Of a stretch of DNA of 64,000 nt, positions 33,671 through 45,247 are shown in pieces. Position numbers and translations under genes: made by a program. Each line of letters opens with the position of its first letter. Position 1 is the stretch's first letter. Origin of the DNA: Mantamonas sphyraenae STR306 (taxonomy: Eukaryota; Protista; CRuMs); NCBI GenBank assembly GCA_026936335.1, contig JAPMXV010000035.1:62001-126000 (forward strand), written 5' to 3'. The notes below the pieces were generated by a model. It was not told where the DNA came from, ran no database searches, and saw only the letters and a list, made by a program, of their open reading frames with translations.

Positions 33671-35995
33671 TTACTCTTCAGCTGCAGCAAACTCGCCGCT
33701 GTTTGTGGTCGCCTCCTCCTCCTTCACGCCATCCCACCACGCCAGCCTATCCAGGGCCAGATGGAGACGCAGATGGAGACGGAACTCAAAGTTGTATCCT
33801 TTGCACTTTTTCGCATTCTTGAAGCACTGACGAGCCTGTGCAAAGAGCTTTGTGCGGTCGTCGGACGCCTCCTGCTTCTCCTCTGCCACCTGCTTCATGA
33901 TCACATAGCCACTCTCGTACCAGGCATACGGCACAATCCACGACTCGCTGTCAATGCTCTTTTCCAGCTCCAAAGCACTTGCCAACGCAGCCTCGGCCTC
34001 GTCGTACTGCGCCAGATTCTTCAGCAACGCACCCTTCAGCAGATGCAACAGCGCCTGCTCATCTGCACTCGTGGCCAGTTCCGTGGCCGCCTCCACCTGC
34101 GCTTGAAAGACGTGCAACTCGTCGTGGCCCATCTGGGAGAAGCCGTTCCACAGGTAGATCATCTCCACCGCAGGCAGCAACATACGATGGCTCTCTGACG
34201 TGCAATACACGTCGATCTTGCGCAACACATACTGCTCGACACTGAGCACGCGTCCGCCAAACTTGCGCAGGGGCAACTCCTTGATGGTGGCCAGGATGGG
34301 CCATGCCTCGTTGGCATACTCCTCCGGCTTTTCCGTCAGCACACACACCGCCTGCGCATACAAGTAGAATGCCTTGCTCCACGAATTCTCCTCTGCCAGC
34401 TGCTGCCAGTATGGCTGCGCTTGGGACCACTCCTGTTCAAACATGTGACACCAGGCCAGTTCGTACGCGCAGAGGTGCTGCAAGGGAGCCCAGTCGGGCT
34501 GGGCCTCGCCTGCCACACGGAAGGCAGCCACAGAACGGTCCACCCTGCGACGCAGGCGTTGCAAGCGTCCGTTCATCCAATGGTACAGGGCACATCGAGG
34601 GAAGCGAGCGAGGCCATCCTGGAGGACCTCGGCGGCCTGGATGGTGTGCAGGTCTCCGGGCAGGGAGAAGAAGGAAGGCACGATAATGTAAAAGAAACCC
34701 AACATGAGAGTGGCCAGGGGCCCTCGGATGCCCTCCAACTTGTGGGTGGACACCACCTCGAAGAAGCCCGTGTCACGTTCGGCCGGGAAGCCAAAGAACT
34801 TGACGATGCGAAGGACAATGGGTGGGAGCACAGAGACGACCAGGTTGAAGGTGCCCACACCAAAGTGGATGCCACCTTCCACGTTGTAGTCCATCAACCC
34901 ATTGGGATTGTACTCCTCCAGGCCTCCCTGGGTGTCAAAGCCCTCGGGTTGGGGAAAGTGCACGTCCAGGCAGTGCCGCAGGTCCGTGCGACTGTTGGCA
35001 TACATCTTCCACGCATTGCGCATGTTCAATCCCCCCTTGGCATAGCTCACCAGGTTCTCCTGCAGGAATTGCAGCATGCCCGTCAGAAGGCGCGATTCGC
35101 CTGTGATCAGGCGCAAGTGCAACACTGCCGCGTCGTGGTCGGCGTCCGCACGCTTCTGCTCCTCCTCACGCTCCATCCACTCCTTCCACCGCGCCTCATC
35201 GGCTTCCTGCTGTGACACACCTCCGTTGCCCCAGGAGCTGAACCACGAGTTGGATCGACCCTTGCGCGACGACGACGACGTCGACGAGCCGCCTTCACCC
35301 ACCGCCTCCTTCACCAAACTGCCCTTGCGTTTGCTCGAGGACCCACTGCTGCTGCTGCCAGCGGCCCCTCCAGCCCCGTGCACGCTGTCCGGCACATAGA
35401 TACTGTCTGCCAGCAATTTGTTGTCCTGTGCATGGGCGACAATGGGCCGTGTAGGGCGTGGGTTGGTGTGTGTGTGTTTTGTGTCAGCGACCCTCTTCAC
35501 CCGCCGTCCCCCCCGGTGCCTCATTTTTGCGTCCCATCGCCCACCACTCACCTTGTCGAGCTCCTTCTGTGCATAGGTGCACACATCCTCCAGCCGTTGC
35601 ACAGCCACGTCCATGTCATCCTCCTGGAAGGTCATCACGGCGCGGATCATGGCCAGTGCCGCCCAGCCGTGCATAAAGATCGGTGCCCGTTCTGCGCGTT
35701 CGCCAAAGAACTCTTCGGCCTCTGCAAACTGGTTGTGCATGAAGAACAGTGCCTCTCCTTCCTCCACCTCCTTGTTTGTCTCTGTGCTGTATGCCTGCGG
35801 GTTGCGTTCCAGGCATGTGGGCAGCATCGACACTCCCGACCGCAGCAAGTGCGCCTCCTCTCCGTCCAGCAGTGTCTCCACCAAATCGTCCTCATCCCCA
35901 CCATCAGCACCAACCACCACTCCCGTCGTCGTCACTTCCACACCCGTGTCCTGTGCCTCAAAGAATTCGTCGTCCGACGAGTCAGAGTCGGACAT
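33671..35995 (-). CDS. TTC39: TTC39/Iml2 family TPR protein
   Basis: AMIRAVMTFQEDDM, YAKGGLNMRNAW, GIHFGVGTFNLVVSVLPP, HLCAYELAWC, ENSWSKAFY, GYNFEFRLHLR; in-frame intron about 35551-35426. Confidence 0.92.
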   Translation of the reverse strand: MSDSDSSDDEFFEAQDTGVEVTTTGVVVGADGGDEDDLVETLLDGEEAHLLRSGVSMLPTCLERNPQAYSTETNKEVEEGEALFFMHNQFAEAEEFFGERAERAPIFMHGWAALAMIRAVMTFQEDDMDVAVQRLEDVCTYAQKELDKVSGGRWDAKMRHRGGRRVKRVADTKHTHTNPRPTRPIVAHAQDNKLLADSIYVPDSVHGAGGAAGSSSSGSSSKRKGSLVKEAVGEGGSSTSSSSRKGRSNSWFSSWGNGGVSQQEADEARWKEWMEREEEQKRADADHDAAVLHLRLITGESRLLTGMLQFLQENLVSYAKGGLNMRNAWKMYANSRTDLRHCLDVHFPQPEGFDTQGGLEEYNPNGLMDYNVEGGIHFGVGTFNLVVSVLPPIVLRIVKFFGFPAERDTGFFEVVSTHKLEGIRGPLATLMLGFFYIIVPSFFSLPGDLHTIQAAEVLQDGLARFPRCALYHWMNGRLQRLRRRVDRSVAAFRVAGEAQPDWAPLQHLCAYELAWCHMFEQEWSQAQPYWQQLAEENSWSKAFYLYAQAVCVLTEKPEEYANEAWPILATIKELPLRKFGGRVLSVEQYVLRKIDVYCTSESHRMLLPAVEMIYLWNGFSQMGHDELHVFQAQVEAATELATSADEQALLHLLKGALLKNLAQYDEAEAALASALELEKSIDSESWIVPYAWYESGYVIMKQVAEEKQEASDDRTKLFAQARQCFKNAKKCKGYNFEFRLHLRLHLALDRLAWWDGVKEEEATTNSGEFAAAEE

Positions 35996-36447
35996 GTTGG
36001 TGGTCGTTTTTTTGCGTTGCCTGCTCGCTCGCTGCACCCTGCACTCTTGCAATGTGTTGATGTGTTTTTGCGTGCATGCGTTCCTTCTGTCTGTGTCTTT
36101 GTCGCTGTGCGTGGTGTCAGCCATCATCGGTGTGGCAGTGGCGATGCGCCGTCGTTCCCACCCCAACAAACAAAACGTGAGTGCACCAGAACATACATGT
36201 TCCCTCTCCATAGCAACATCCTCCTCCTGCTCCCCACCACCACCACATACCCGTATGCATTCCCGTGCCATGGGTGCATGCGTGTGTGCCCGGGAACCGA
36301 ACCACAAACGCGTCCAAACGAGTCGCGCAGCCCTTTTTTGACACGTGGGACCCTCTCGTTTTTGGCCGCCCTCTCCCTTTTTTCCCGTTAACGCCCCTCT
36401 GGCCGTTCCTGACACCATCTGCGTGTGCACAGCGACAACAACACACC

Positions 36448-37112
36448 ATGTCCACCCGTGCTACCGCCTCTGCCGTCTTTCCCCTGCCCATCGACACCGT
36501 CTGGGCTGCTCTGCGTGAGTTCACCTTCCCTGGTGACCTGATCAGCACGATCGAGTCTTGCACCCTCGGTGACGGCGAGTCCTCCACTCAGGTTGGCGCC
36601 ACCCGGTACGTTGCCTTTCTGCCTTGCCTCCCGCATCTCTTCAGCCCCATCCCATCCCGTCCTGCCACCGTGTGCGTCTCCAAACTCAGCCGGACGGAAA
36701 AAAAATCCGACACAAAAAAAAGCGTGCCCCCAAATTTTCCGTGTGTGTGTGTGTGCCCCTCCACTATGGCTGACACTGACATGTGTCGCGCACGCCTCTG
36801 CCTTGAATGCACAGTACCCTGAAGTGGGCCGAGTCTGGAGCTGTGCGTGAGCAGCGCCTGATTGCCCTGAGCGACCAGCACTACCAGGTGACTTGGGAGC
36901 TGGTTGGTGCCGAGCCCATCGTTGAGGTGTCCGCCATCATCACCACCCTGTCGCTGTACCGTGTGACCGAGACCAACGAGACCCTGGTCATGTGGTCCTC
37001 CGACTTCTCTGCCGACGTCACCAACGACTTTATCCAGTTTGAGCAGACCTCGTACGCTGAGAACCTGGCCGAGATCCGCGATGCCCTCTCCGCCAAGAGC
37101 AGCAGCTCGTAA
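36448..37112 (+). CDS. SRPBCC/polyketide cyclase-like (START fold) protein
   Basis: PIDTVWAALREF...QVGATR|TLKW...VREQRLIALSD...TLVMWSSDF; intron 36606-36814. Confidence 0.85.
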
Positions 37113-37221
37113 ACGGCTGGTCCGAGTCGATCACACTCCGTTTTGTGGTTGTGATGATGACGTAAATGCAGACTGACCCGATGATGTCATGCACACCACC
37201 CCCTATTTGTTCATTCCAAGT

Positions 37222-38517
37222 CTAGGACCTGTTTTTGCTGGTCGGCGGATCTTCAGCCACCTTGGCCACCACTTTGTCCTTGTCCTCTCCCTGCTTTGCC
37301 TGTGTCTCTCCTCCTGCTCCCAATCGATCCTTGGTGTTGCTCCACATGTCCTGCACGGGTGCCAGCATCTTTGCCATCACCCCTTTGTTGTTGCTGCTGT
37401 TGTTCTCGTCGTCATCGCCCTCCCGCGGCTGCACCGTCTGTTCGATGGTCTGTACCTCTAGCCTGGGTCGCAGGCGTGACTGCAGAAACAGGTCGCCCGG
37501 TCCCTGCACCAGCACATAGGCTGGCTTGGGCAGGAAAAAGGTGCGAAGTGCATCCCGCACCCAGCCAAGCACTCCTGCCACCCCCTTGGCTGCCCCCAAC
37601 ACACTCGCCATCCCCTCCTTCTCCACAGACACCGCAGACGCAGATGCCCCCTCCGGCGTAGCACCACCCCCCGCACTTGCCCCTGCTGCTCCTGCACCCC
37701 CTGTGGTCCCATCTTGCTGCTGCTGCTCCGGCTCCTTCTCCTGCTCCTCCCAGAAGCCTTTGCCCTTGCGCGCCGAAACGCTGAGGCTTCCATTCCAGGC
37801 CACCACATGCTTGGGTTCCACCACAAAGCGTTCGTCCTTGTCCAAATGGAGGCGAAAGAGGCCTCCGTAGCTGGTGATGGCCAGGGTGCCTGTGCCCTTG
37901 GCGCGCAGACGGCGAATGCCCAAGGCACTCGACGGGTTCAGCCTCCCGCTCAGCGTCACGCCCGGCGTGGAAGCCAGATAGGCGTCACGTCGCATGTACA
38001 CAGCACCGCCGTCCATGTCAATGACGGCAATGTCGCCAATGTTCTCGGGGGCCACCAGGGCGTCGCCTTTGCGGCCATTCGTCGTTTCCACCTGCTGCAA
38101 CACAAAGGGACCGCCGGCCATGAGACGTCCCATGGCACGTGGCCAACTCGATGCACCCACCACAGACACGGTGGACTTGAGGTGTGCATTCATGCCCACC
38201 ACCGTGTCCCCACGTGCTTGGAAGCCACTCTTGCCCTCAGGCAACTCCACGTGCAGCATGCAACCCAGACCGGCATTGACGGTGGAAAACGTGCATTCCT
38301 GGTATCCATTGCCAAACATGGCAAAGTGTTGCGTGTCTTCCGCCGTCGTCAGTTTGTTGCTGCGGTCCTGATGACTTTCGTCCGCGCTCCCGCCCGCCTG
38401 CATCGTCCCGTACTGGCCGCCCGTCATCACATCCGCCGCCGCCGCCGTCATCCTCGTCCTCGTCAACAACACACTTGCCACGCGTGCTTGTCCCTTCACG
38501 CTTTGTCGTGCAAACAT
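37222..38517 (-). CDS. AIM24: AIM24 family mitochondrial protein
   Basis: Basic presequence; GRLMAGGPFVLQ, DALVAPENIGDI, GTGTLAITSYGGLFRLHL, FVVEPKHVVAW, VQGPGDLFLQSR. Confidence 0.8.
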   Translation of the reverse strand: MFARQSVKGQARVASVLLTRTRMTAAAADVMTGGQYGTMQAGGSADESHQDRSNKLTTAEDTQHFAMFGNGYQECTFSTVNAGLGCMLHVELPEGKSGFQARGDTVVGMNAHLKSTVSVVGASSWPRAMGRLMAGGPFVLQQVETTNGRKGDALVAPENIGDIAVIDMDGGAVYMRRDAYLASTPGVTLSGRLNPSSALGIRRLRAKGTGTLAITSYGGLFRLHLDKDERFVVEPKHVVAWNGSLSVSARKGKGFWEEQEKEPEQQQQDGTTGGAGAAGASAGGGATPEGASASAVSVEKEGMASVLGAAKGVAGVLGWVRDALRTFFLPKPAYVLVQGPGDLFLQSRLRPRLEVQTIEQTVQPREGDDDENNSSNNKGVMAKMLAPVQDMWSNTKDRLGAGGETQAKQGEDKDKVVAKVAEDPPTSKNRS

Positions 38518-39314
38518 GGATGAGATGCGTTGGCCAAACCTGCGACACACAACCACTCACACACACACACACATACGGTTCCACCACCTCCCACCATCCA
38601 TCCATTGCACATCCCTGTTTTTCTCATTTTCCTCATGGTTCCATGCATGCGCACATGTCACCACCAAACATCCTCAAACCTGGCTGCGCACCGGCTGCCC
38701 ACCCTCACTCAGCCAAAAACTCCAATTCAGTGTGAGTGACCATGAAGCAGCCCAGCCCACCTCCCATCTGTTCACTGGCCCATACACGCACACCTGTGTT
38801 GCCTGTGTACCCTGTGTCCCTGTGTCCTCGTGTGTCTGTGCTGCCTGTGTGCCGCCCTCTGGCTGGCCCGCTGCGCCATGGACCACATGCGCATCCGCCA
38901 GCCACACTCTCGGCGCCCCACACACGCACACACACACCTGCACATCACATACACAGCACACACGCTGCCCACATGCCCCCGTGCAGCGGTCACCCATGCA
39001 TCCATGTCCCTGGCACCTGCCTCTGGGCCGTACGCCACGCGAGCGCCTGCTTGCATGCAGCCGAAAAAATGCGCCTGCTGCAAACACGCCTCGCACACGA
39101 CGCTACGCCCACGCACACGCTTGTGTGTGCATGCATGGCGTGCACCGTGCATCCTGCATGCAGACCAGACGTATGCACTGCATGGTCGACATCCTGCACG
39201 TGTGCTGGAGCCCGTTTTGTGTGCAGCCTGGCCCAGCCAATTTGCAGCCGCCGCCAAAAAGTGCCCTCTGCTGACGCGCGTTTGACCCGCCCTTGCGGCC
39301 ACCCCAACCTGCAG

Positions 39315-39803
39315 ATGCCCCACTCGTTCGGTAAGCGCGCTCGCACCCGTGACCTGTACTCGCATGGTCACCGCCAGGGTGGTGTGATCAAGATCTCCAC
39401 CTACCTGAAGAACTTCAAGGTGGGCCAGTATGTCGATATCAAGAACAACCCCACGCAGCAGAAGGGTATGGCGTACAAATTTTACCATGGCAAGACGGGC
39501 CGTGTGTGGAACGTGACCCCGCGCGCTGTTGGTGTTGAGGTCAACAAACTGGTGAAGCATCGCATCCTGAAGAAGCGATTCCATGTGCGCATTGAGCACG
39601 TCGTCCGCTCCCGCTGCCGTGAGGAGTTCCTGAACCGCGTCAAGGCCAACGATGCCCTCAAGGCCGAGGCCCGCAAGAACGGTCAGCCCGTGCCCTCCAC
39701 CAAGCGTGAGGTCGTTGGCAAGCCCCGTGCTGGCTTCACCGTCAAGATGAAGGGACGCAAGCCCACCTATGCTCGCCCCGCCGAGTACTCTGAGCTCTTC
39801 TAA
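39315..39803 (+). CDS. RPL21: 60S ribosomal protein L21 (eL21), preceded by a probable 5'UTR intron 38732-39314
   Basis: [58 protein letters not shown]. Confidence 0.98.
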   Translation: MPHSFGKRARTRDLYSHGHRQGGVIKISTYLKNFKVGQYVDIKNNPTQQKGMAYKFYHGKTGRVWNVTPRAVGVEVNKLVKHRILKKRFHVRIEHVVRSRCREEFLNRVKANDALKAEARKNGQPVPSTKREVVGKPRAGFTVKMKGRKPTYARPAEYSELF

Positions 39804-39948
39804 GCAGCAGCTTTCCCCTCACTCTGCAATGAACGCACACCACGTTCCTTGTACCCACACCTTCCCCTCTCTCTCTCTCTCTCTCCCTCTCTCCTCCTCT
39901 GAAACAAGGTTCTTGTGGCGATCTCTGCATTCCTTTTCCAACATCTCC

Positions 39949-42900
39949 TCATGCACACCACTCCAACATCTCCTCACGCACACCGTCGGCAAACACATCG
40001 GCGGGGGCATTCTCCAGGGCAGTGCGCCATGTGGCCAGGTCGTCTGCACGCGAGTCCTCCTTGACCCACCACGCCTGGTACTGGCTCCACAGAAACTCGG
40101 CCTCCAGGATGTCCACCTGCAGCCCCTTGGCCTCTGCCAGCTTGCCCAACAGATAGTCCTTCTGCACACACAGACCCTTGCTGGCCAGCAGCGCCTGGTA
40201 GTCGTAGACACGACGAGCACCATCCAACCCCTTGAGGATGACAGGCTGCATGGCCAGGAAGTACTGCACCAGACGTTCGATGCCCAGTTCCACGGGCACC
40301 ACCGCACCCTTCCATCCCAACACGGCCTTGGTTTCCTTTGCGTCTGCCTTGCGTCGCTGCGGGTCAAACTTGTCGTATTCGTCCTTGACCACCAGGAAAC
40401 GATCCTCGTGGTCGTTGTCCGCCGTCACAATGAACAGCTTCTCACCATCGGCACCAGGTCCCTCCTTGTCGTTCAACTCATCGGCCAGGGCATCTGCCTC
40501 CTCCTTGGCCAGGTTGCTTGCACGCACGTCTGCCCAGTGCGTGTGGATGTACCGCACCTCCCGGCCAATCATCGGCTCCAGCACTTGCTTCACATACACC
40601 GCCAACTCCACCATGTCGATTTCCGTCGTGTCGTTGCCAATGTTGTACACCCGATCCAGCAGCTCGGGGCCCGGAAACACACTTTCGTCGCAGGTGAGCA
40701 AACTCATCTGGCCCTCGATCTGGTCTGCCACGTACGTAAACGAGCGTGTCTGCTTGCCACTGCCATACACCGTCATGGGCTTGCCCGTCAGTGCCTGGTG
40801 CACAAAGTTGGTGATCACACGTCCGTCGTCCGGGCGCATGTACTGTCCGTATGTGTTGAAGATGCGACTGATGCGCACATCACACCCTCGCTTCAGCGCA
40901 CACCGAAGCAGTGTCTCCCCAAACCGTTTGCTCTGGTCGTACTGCGATCGCTTGCCCGTAATGTTGACGTTGCCCAGGTATGTCTTGACCTGCGGGTGTG
41001 CCAGCGGGTCGCCGTAGCACTCGCTGGTGCTGGTGAAAAACACTCGCGCCCCCTTTGCCATCGCCTGCTCCATGGCCAACCGTGTGGCCTGCAGTCCCGA
41101 ACGCAGCGTGCCCACCATGTCCTTGTAGTAGAACTCCGGCGAGGCCAACGAGGCGCCCTGGTAGATGGCAAACACCTGCAGATCCTCCGCAAACTTCCAC
41201 GGCTGGCTCACGTCAAAGTTGATAAACTGGTAATTCTTGCGCCAGCGTTCCTGCGTGTAGAAGCGTCGCACGTTCTCGTCGATGCCTGCCGCCAGGTTGT
41301 CGATGGCAATCACCTGGTAGCCGTCGCTCAACAGACGACGCGTTAGGTGGGTGCACAGGAATCCTGCGCCACCCAACAGCACCACCAGCTTCTTGTCTCC
41401 GTCAATCTCCAGGGCACCACGGCCAGGGAAGCGCTTGTTGCTGTTGCTGGACGAACCCGCAGCAGCAGGCACTTCCACGGCACCCACCACAAACGCAGTC
41501 TTGTCCTCGTCCAGATGGGTCACCTGCACCACAGTGTCTGCCCCGTCTGGAAGCACCTCCACACTCTTGCTGAGGGCATCCAGAGCCTCTGGCTGCATCT
41601 CGGCCATGGTCTGCACCAGGGTACGCAGGACGTCGAGCACCTTCTCCTCGTCGGCCTCCTTGTCCTGGCCCTGCATGACTGCAGTGCCCGCCAGCTTGGC
41701 CCCAGCCACGTGGGTCTCCAGTCTGCTTGTGTCTGCCGTCACATACAACGGATCCATGTAGCCCGGCTCGGCAAAGGCGTCGGCGACACGTTCGGCCAGG
41801 GCGCCAGCGTTGCACGCATCCCAGACACACTTGGCAAAGTCGTCCAGGGCCACCACATGGTCGGCACTGGCCACGTTGAACACACGATGCTGCTCAAAGT
41901 TGACACTGAGGGGCTTGCCACGCTGGTACACGGGGGCGTAGGCCTCGGCCAACCAGCGCAGACGACGGACCACGGCGTCGACGCACGAGACGCTGACGGT
42001 GCGGTAGGCGTTGCACGACGGGTCCTTGCTGGCGTAGTCAAAGGTGTCCAGGTAGAGGGTGGGCACGGCGGTGTCATCATCGCTCTGGGCCACCACGGAG
42101 GGCACCTGGGCAAGCAGGTCACCCAACACTGTGCCATTGGCCAGGGCTCCACTCTGCCACGCCTGCGTGCCCACACACACACCAATTCGAGCAATGATCA
42201 CATCCACACCCAGTTCCCGGGAACCCGTGGAAACCCAGGCTTCGCTCGTGCGCGCGCTCTCCACGTACGCACTCTGGCTGCCGTACGCACTCGTGTACCC
42301 ACGAAACTCCTCGGGCACACTCAGAGTGTATCCATTGGCATCGGCACTGGCCATGCCCGAGAGGGCAATCTGGGAAAACCCGTCGTAGACGTCGCCATAG
42401 ACGCCGGTGCTGGACACGAGGACCATGCGGGCACCCTTGCTACCACACAGGCCCAACAGCGCTTGCATGACCTCGGGTTGCATGCAGGCCCACAGGTCGC
42501 TGCCACTCTCCTCCCATTCCTGCACTTCGGCCGTACTGGATGCCAGTGGGAACACGTACGCCTGCGCAAGGGTGCCTTGCAGGGCAACGGCGGTCAAGTG
42601 TCGGGGATCGACTTCCTGCTGCGTGTAGCCCGGGCGTCCCTCCAGTTCCACCAGCTTGCTCACACACGGGTCCACCGGTGCGTTTGGGTTGGGATTGCGT
42701 GTGCGCAGGTAGGTGACCACACATCCGCCGTCGTCGTTGTCCTTCTGCTTGTCCTGGTCCAGCAAAGAGACGAGCAGTGTGACCAGAGCCGTGCATGGCG
42801 TGCCAAACACAAGCACCCGGCGACGAGCAAGAGGCACTCCCAGTGCCCCAGCCACAGTGGCTGCATTCTCATCCCCACCACTGCTCACAAAGTATTCCGA

Positions 42901-43087
42901 CAGTGCACCCCACAGTGCCTCTTGCGTTGCCTCATCGGGTGCTGCTGCTGCTGCTGCTGGTGCTGCTGCTGCTGTTCAGCAGGGCTGCTCCCGCGGCCAC
43001 AGCCTCGGACAAACGCTGCCCACGCACGTGTTCCACAACCTCCTGCACCTTGCTGCCACTTGATTCCGACACAGAACTCATGCTCAT
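39949..43087 (-). CDS. UXS1: UDP-glucuronate decarboxylase (UXS) with an N-terminal degenerate second SDR domain
   Basis: GGAGFLCTHL, TSTSECYGDP, GNVN...RSQYDQSKR, RIFNTYG...DDGRVITNF, QTRSFTYV. The N-terminal half has SDR landmarks without the catalytic Lys. Start at 43087 needs removal of one base at about 42938. Confidence 0.85.
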
Positions 43088-43164
43088 CTTGCTGTTGCTG
43101 CTTGCACCACTGCTCATTCAGACCAGGGAGAGACACAGAGAGAGAGAGAGAAAGAGAGAAAGAA

Positions 43165-45237
43165 ATGGTGCCTCGACGCCCGCTGGGGCAAAGGATAGCG
43201 GACATGAGTGACGAGTGGAGTGACGAGGACGAAGAGGTGCTGCGTTGGCGCCAACAGTTCCAACTGGAGCAGGAGGAGGAGGAGTTGCGGCAGCAGATCG
43301 CCTCATTGAACGCAGAGTTGGGTCTGGAAGACGAGACGACGGCGCCGGGCTGGACGGACGAGGATCTGCATCCCACCTTTGACATCCCGGCAGAGGCAGA
43401 CGCACTGTCGTCCAGCCAGGGGATGCAACACGACGATGACGATGATGGCACAGAGGCAGGTGGGGTGGCTATGACGAGGCAACCCCAGCGTCAGCGTGGA
43501 GCAGGAGCCAGGGCGAAACGAACAGGCGGCGGCGGCGGCAGCAACGCACGTGCAGCAGCAGCAGCAGCACGTGGAGGATCAGCAGCCAGACGCAAAGGCA
43601 GCAGCAACAACAGCAACAACACAGGGAGGAAAGCAACAACAACAACAACGATGAGCAACAACACCACACACACAGGGGTCCAGGAACAGGGAAGGAAACA
43701 AGGGAGTGGCGGGAAACGGGCGGGGAGGACGAGTGGCGGCGGGGGCACCATGGGAGGCGGTGGTGGGACAGGTGGTGGTGGTGGGACACGTGGCACACAG
43801 CAGGACAAGGGGGGGTTTCAATGGGATGGGATGGAACAGGTGTTGGAACAGCAGGAGATGAACGCAGAACTGCTGGTGTTGCTGGACACCAAGGACCGAC
43901 AAATCAAAACACTCAAGGAGGAACTGGTCAAGGCCACCCATCAACTGTTGGAAGCCACCCAGGATGAAGATGCCCTCGATGAGGACTTTCGCAACGCAAA
44001 GATCAAGGAACTCGTGCGCCAGAATCGGAACCTCACCGTCGAGTTGGAGAAGCAACGGACAAAGCTTGCACGCGTGCAAAGCGAACACAAGCGCACCCAG
44101 GCACAGGCAAAGCGAGCACAACAGCAGCAGCAGCAGCAACAGCAGCAGGGATTGTCGTCGGCGGCAACCTCCTCCTCCTCCTCGGCGTCACGGGACGAGG
44201 ATGATGACACAGAGGCAGACGATGGGATCGATGCATGGAAGGAACGGTACCATCAGGTGAGCAAACAGTTGCAGGAGTATCGAGTGAGCACACAGAGTTT
44301 GAAGAGTGAGCTGGGACGAGCCACACGTGTGCTGCAACGGGAGGTGGGCGACAACGTGGACGTCTCCAAGCTACTCAAGGGCCACGAAGAGACCAACGAT
44401 GGCTGGCGTGGACGTGCACAGACCATCCAACTGCTGCGTGCTCGCATAAAGCGCATGGAGCGTGAGGCGGCGTCACCATCACACAATGACGACGGCGAGG
44501 ACGACGGCGAGGATGGAGCCACGCCACACAGCCCCAGCGGCAGTCGTGTGGATGTGGATGCCAAACAGGCGGAAACCATCGCACGCATCGAAAACACACG
44601 GCGGGAGGCCATGGAGGCGTTGGAGGAACGTGTGCAGGCCGCCGAGGAGGCCAGCGCACGATGGAAACGCAAGTATGAGGGTGCTTCATCACGCAAACAG
44701 ATTGCGGACAACGAGCTCAAACGGGTCAAGGAGCAGATTGGCGTCTTGCTGGAGAAGGAAGAGAATGACAACAAGTACGTGGAGGTGCTCAAGGCCAAGC
44801 TGGCAAAGTATGAAAAGGGTGTGGGTGGCACCGGTGCCGGTGCTTCTTCTTCCTCTTCTGGGGCTGGTGATGGCACGCGTCGGCGTGGAAGTGCTGGTTC
44901 ATCATCATCATCCTCCTCCTCCTCTTCTAGCCCGCGTCCCCTCGCTTCTGCCTCCTCAGAACGCATGCAACGCCTCATCAAACAAATCGACACCCAGGAA
45001 CGCATCATTGTCGCCCTGCGCACAGAATTGGAGGATCTCAAGGCCTCCGAAGCAGGGAGTGTGCAGGCGAGGCGTCGCGAAGCCGAGTTGCAGGCAAGCC
45101 TTGCATCCATGCAACTGGCTCTCGAACGCGCCCAGAGTGACGCCGACGAAGCAAAGACCATGCGTGCAGACTTGCGTCGTCTGCGCAAGATGAACGAACA
45201 CTTGTTGGGAGAGTTGAAGGAGAAGACGAGAGGATGA
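43165..45237 (+). CDS. CCDC13: CCDC13-like centriolar coiled-coil protein
   Basis: KIKELVRQNRNLTVELEKQRTK; RVLQREVGDNVDVSKLL...GWRGRAQTIQLL; long coiled coil. Start could be 43204. Confidence 0.75.
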   Translation: MVPRRPLGQRIADMSDEWSDEDEEVLRWRQQFQLEQEEEELRQQIASLNAELGLEDETTAPGWTDEDLHPTFDIPAEADALSSSQGMQHDDDDDGTEAGGVAMTRQPQRQRGAGARAKRTGGGGGSNARAAAAAARGGSAARRKGSSNNSNNTGRKATTTTTMSNNTTHTGVQEQGRKQGSGGKRAGRTSGGGGTMGGGGGTGGGGGTRGTQQDKGGFQWDGMEQVLEQQEMNAELLVLLDTKDRQIKTLKEELVKATHQLLEATQDEDALDEDFRNAKIKELVRQNRNLTVELEKQRTKLARVQSEHKRTQAQAKRAQQQQQQQQQQGLSSAATSSSSSASRDEDDDTEADDGIDAWKERYHQVSKQLQEYRVSTQSLKSELGRATRVLQREVGDNVDVSKLLKGHEETNDGWRGRAQTIQLLRARIKRMEREAASPSHNDDGEDDGEDGATPHSPSGSRVDVDAKQAETIARIENTRREAMEALEERVQAAEEASARWKRKYEGASSRKQIADNELKRVKEQIGVLLEKEENDNKYVEVLKAKLAKYEKGVGGTGAGASSSSSGAGDGTRRRGSAGSSSSSSSSSSSPRPLASASSERMQRLIKQIDTQERIIVALRTELEDLKASEAGSVQARRREAELQASLASMQLALERAQSDADEAKTMRADLRRLRKMNEHLLGELKEKTRG

Positions 45238-45247
45238 ACAATCACAT

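Noticed and set aside
37150-37190. TGATGA...CTGA...ATGATG resembling a C/D snoRNA
   Set aside because: No terminal D box or stem and no recognisable rRNA guide; lies in a short 3'UTR gap.
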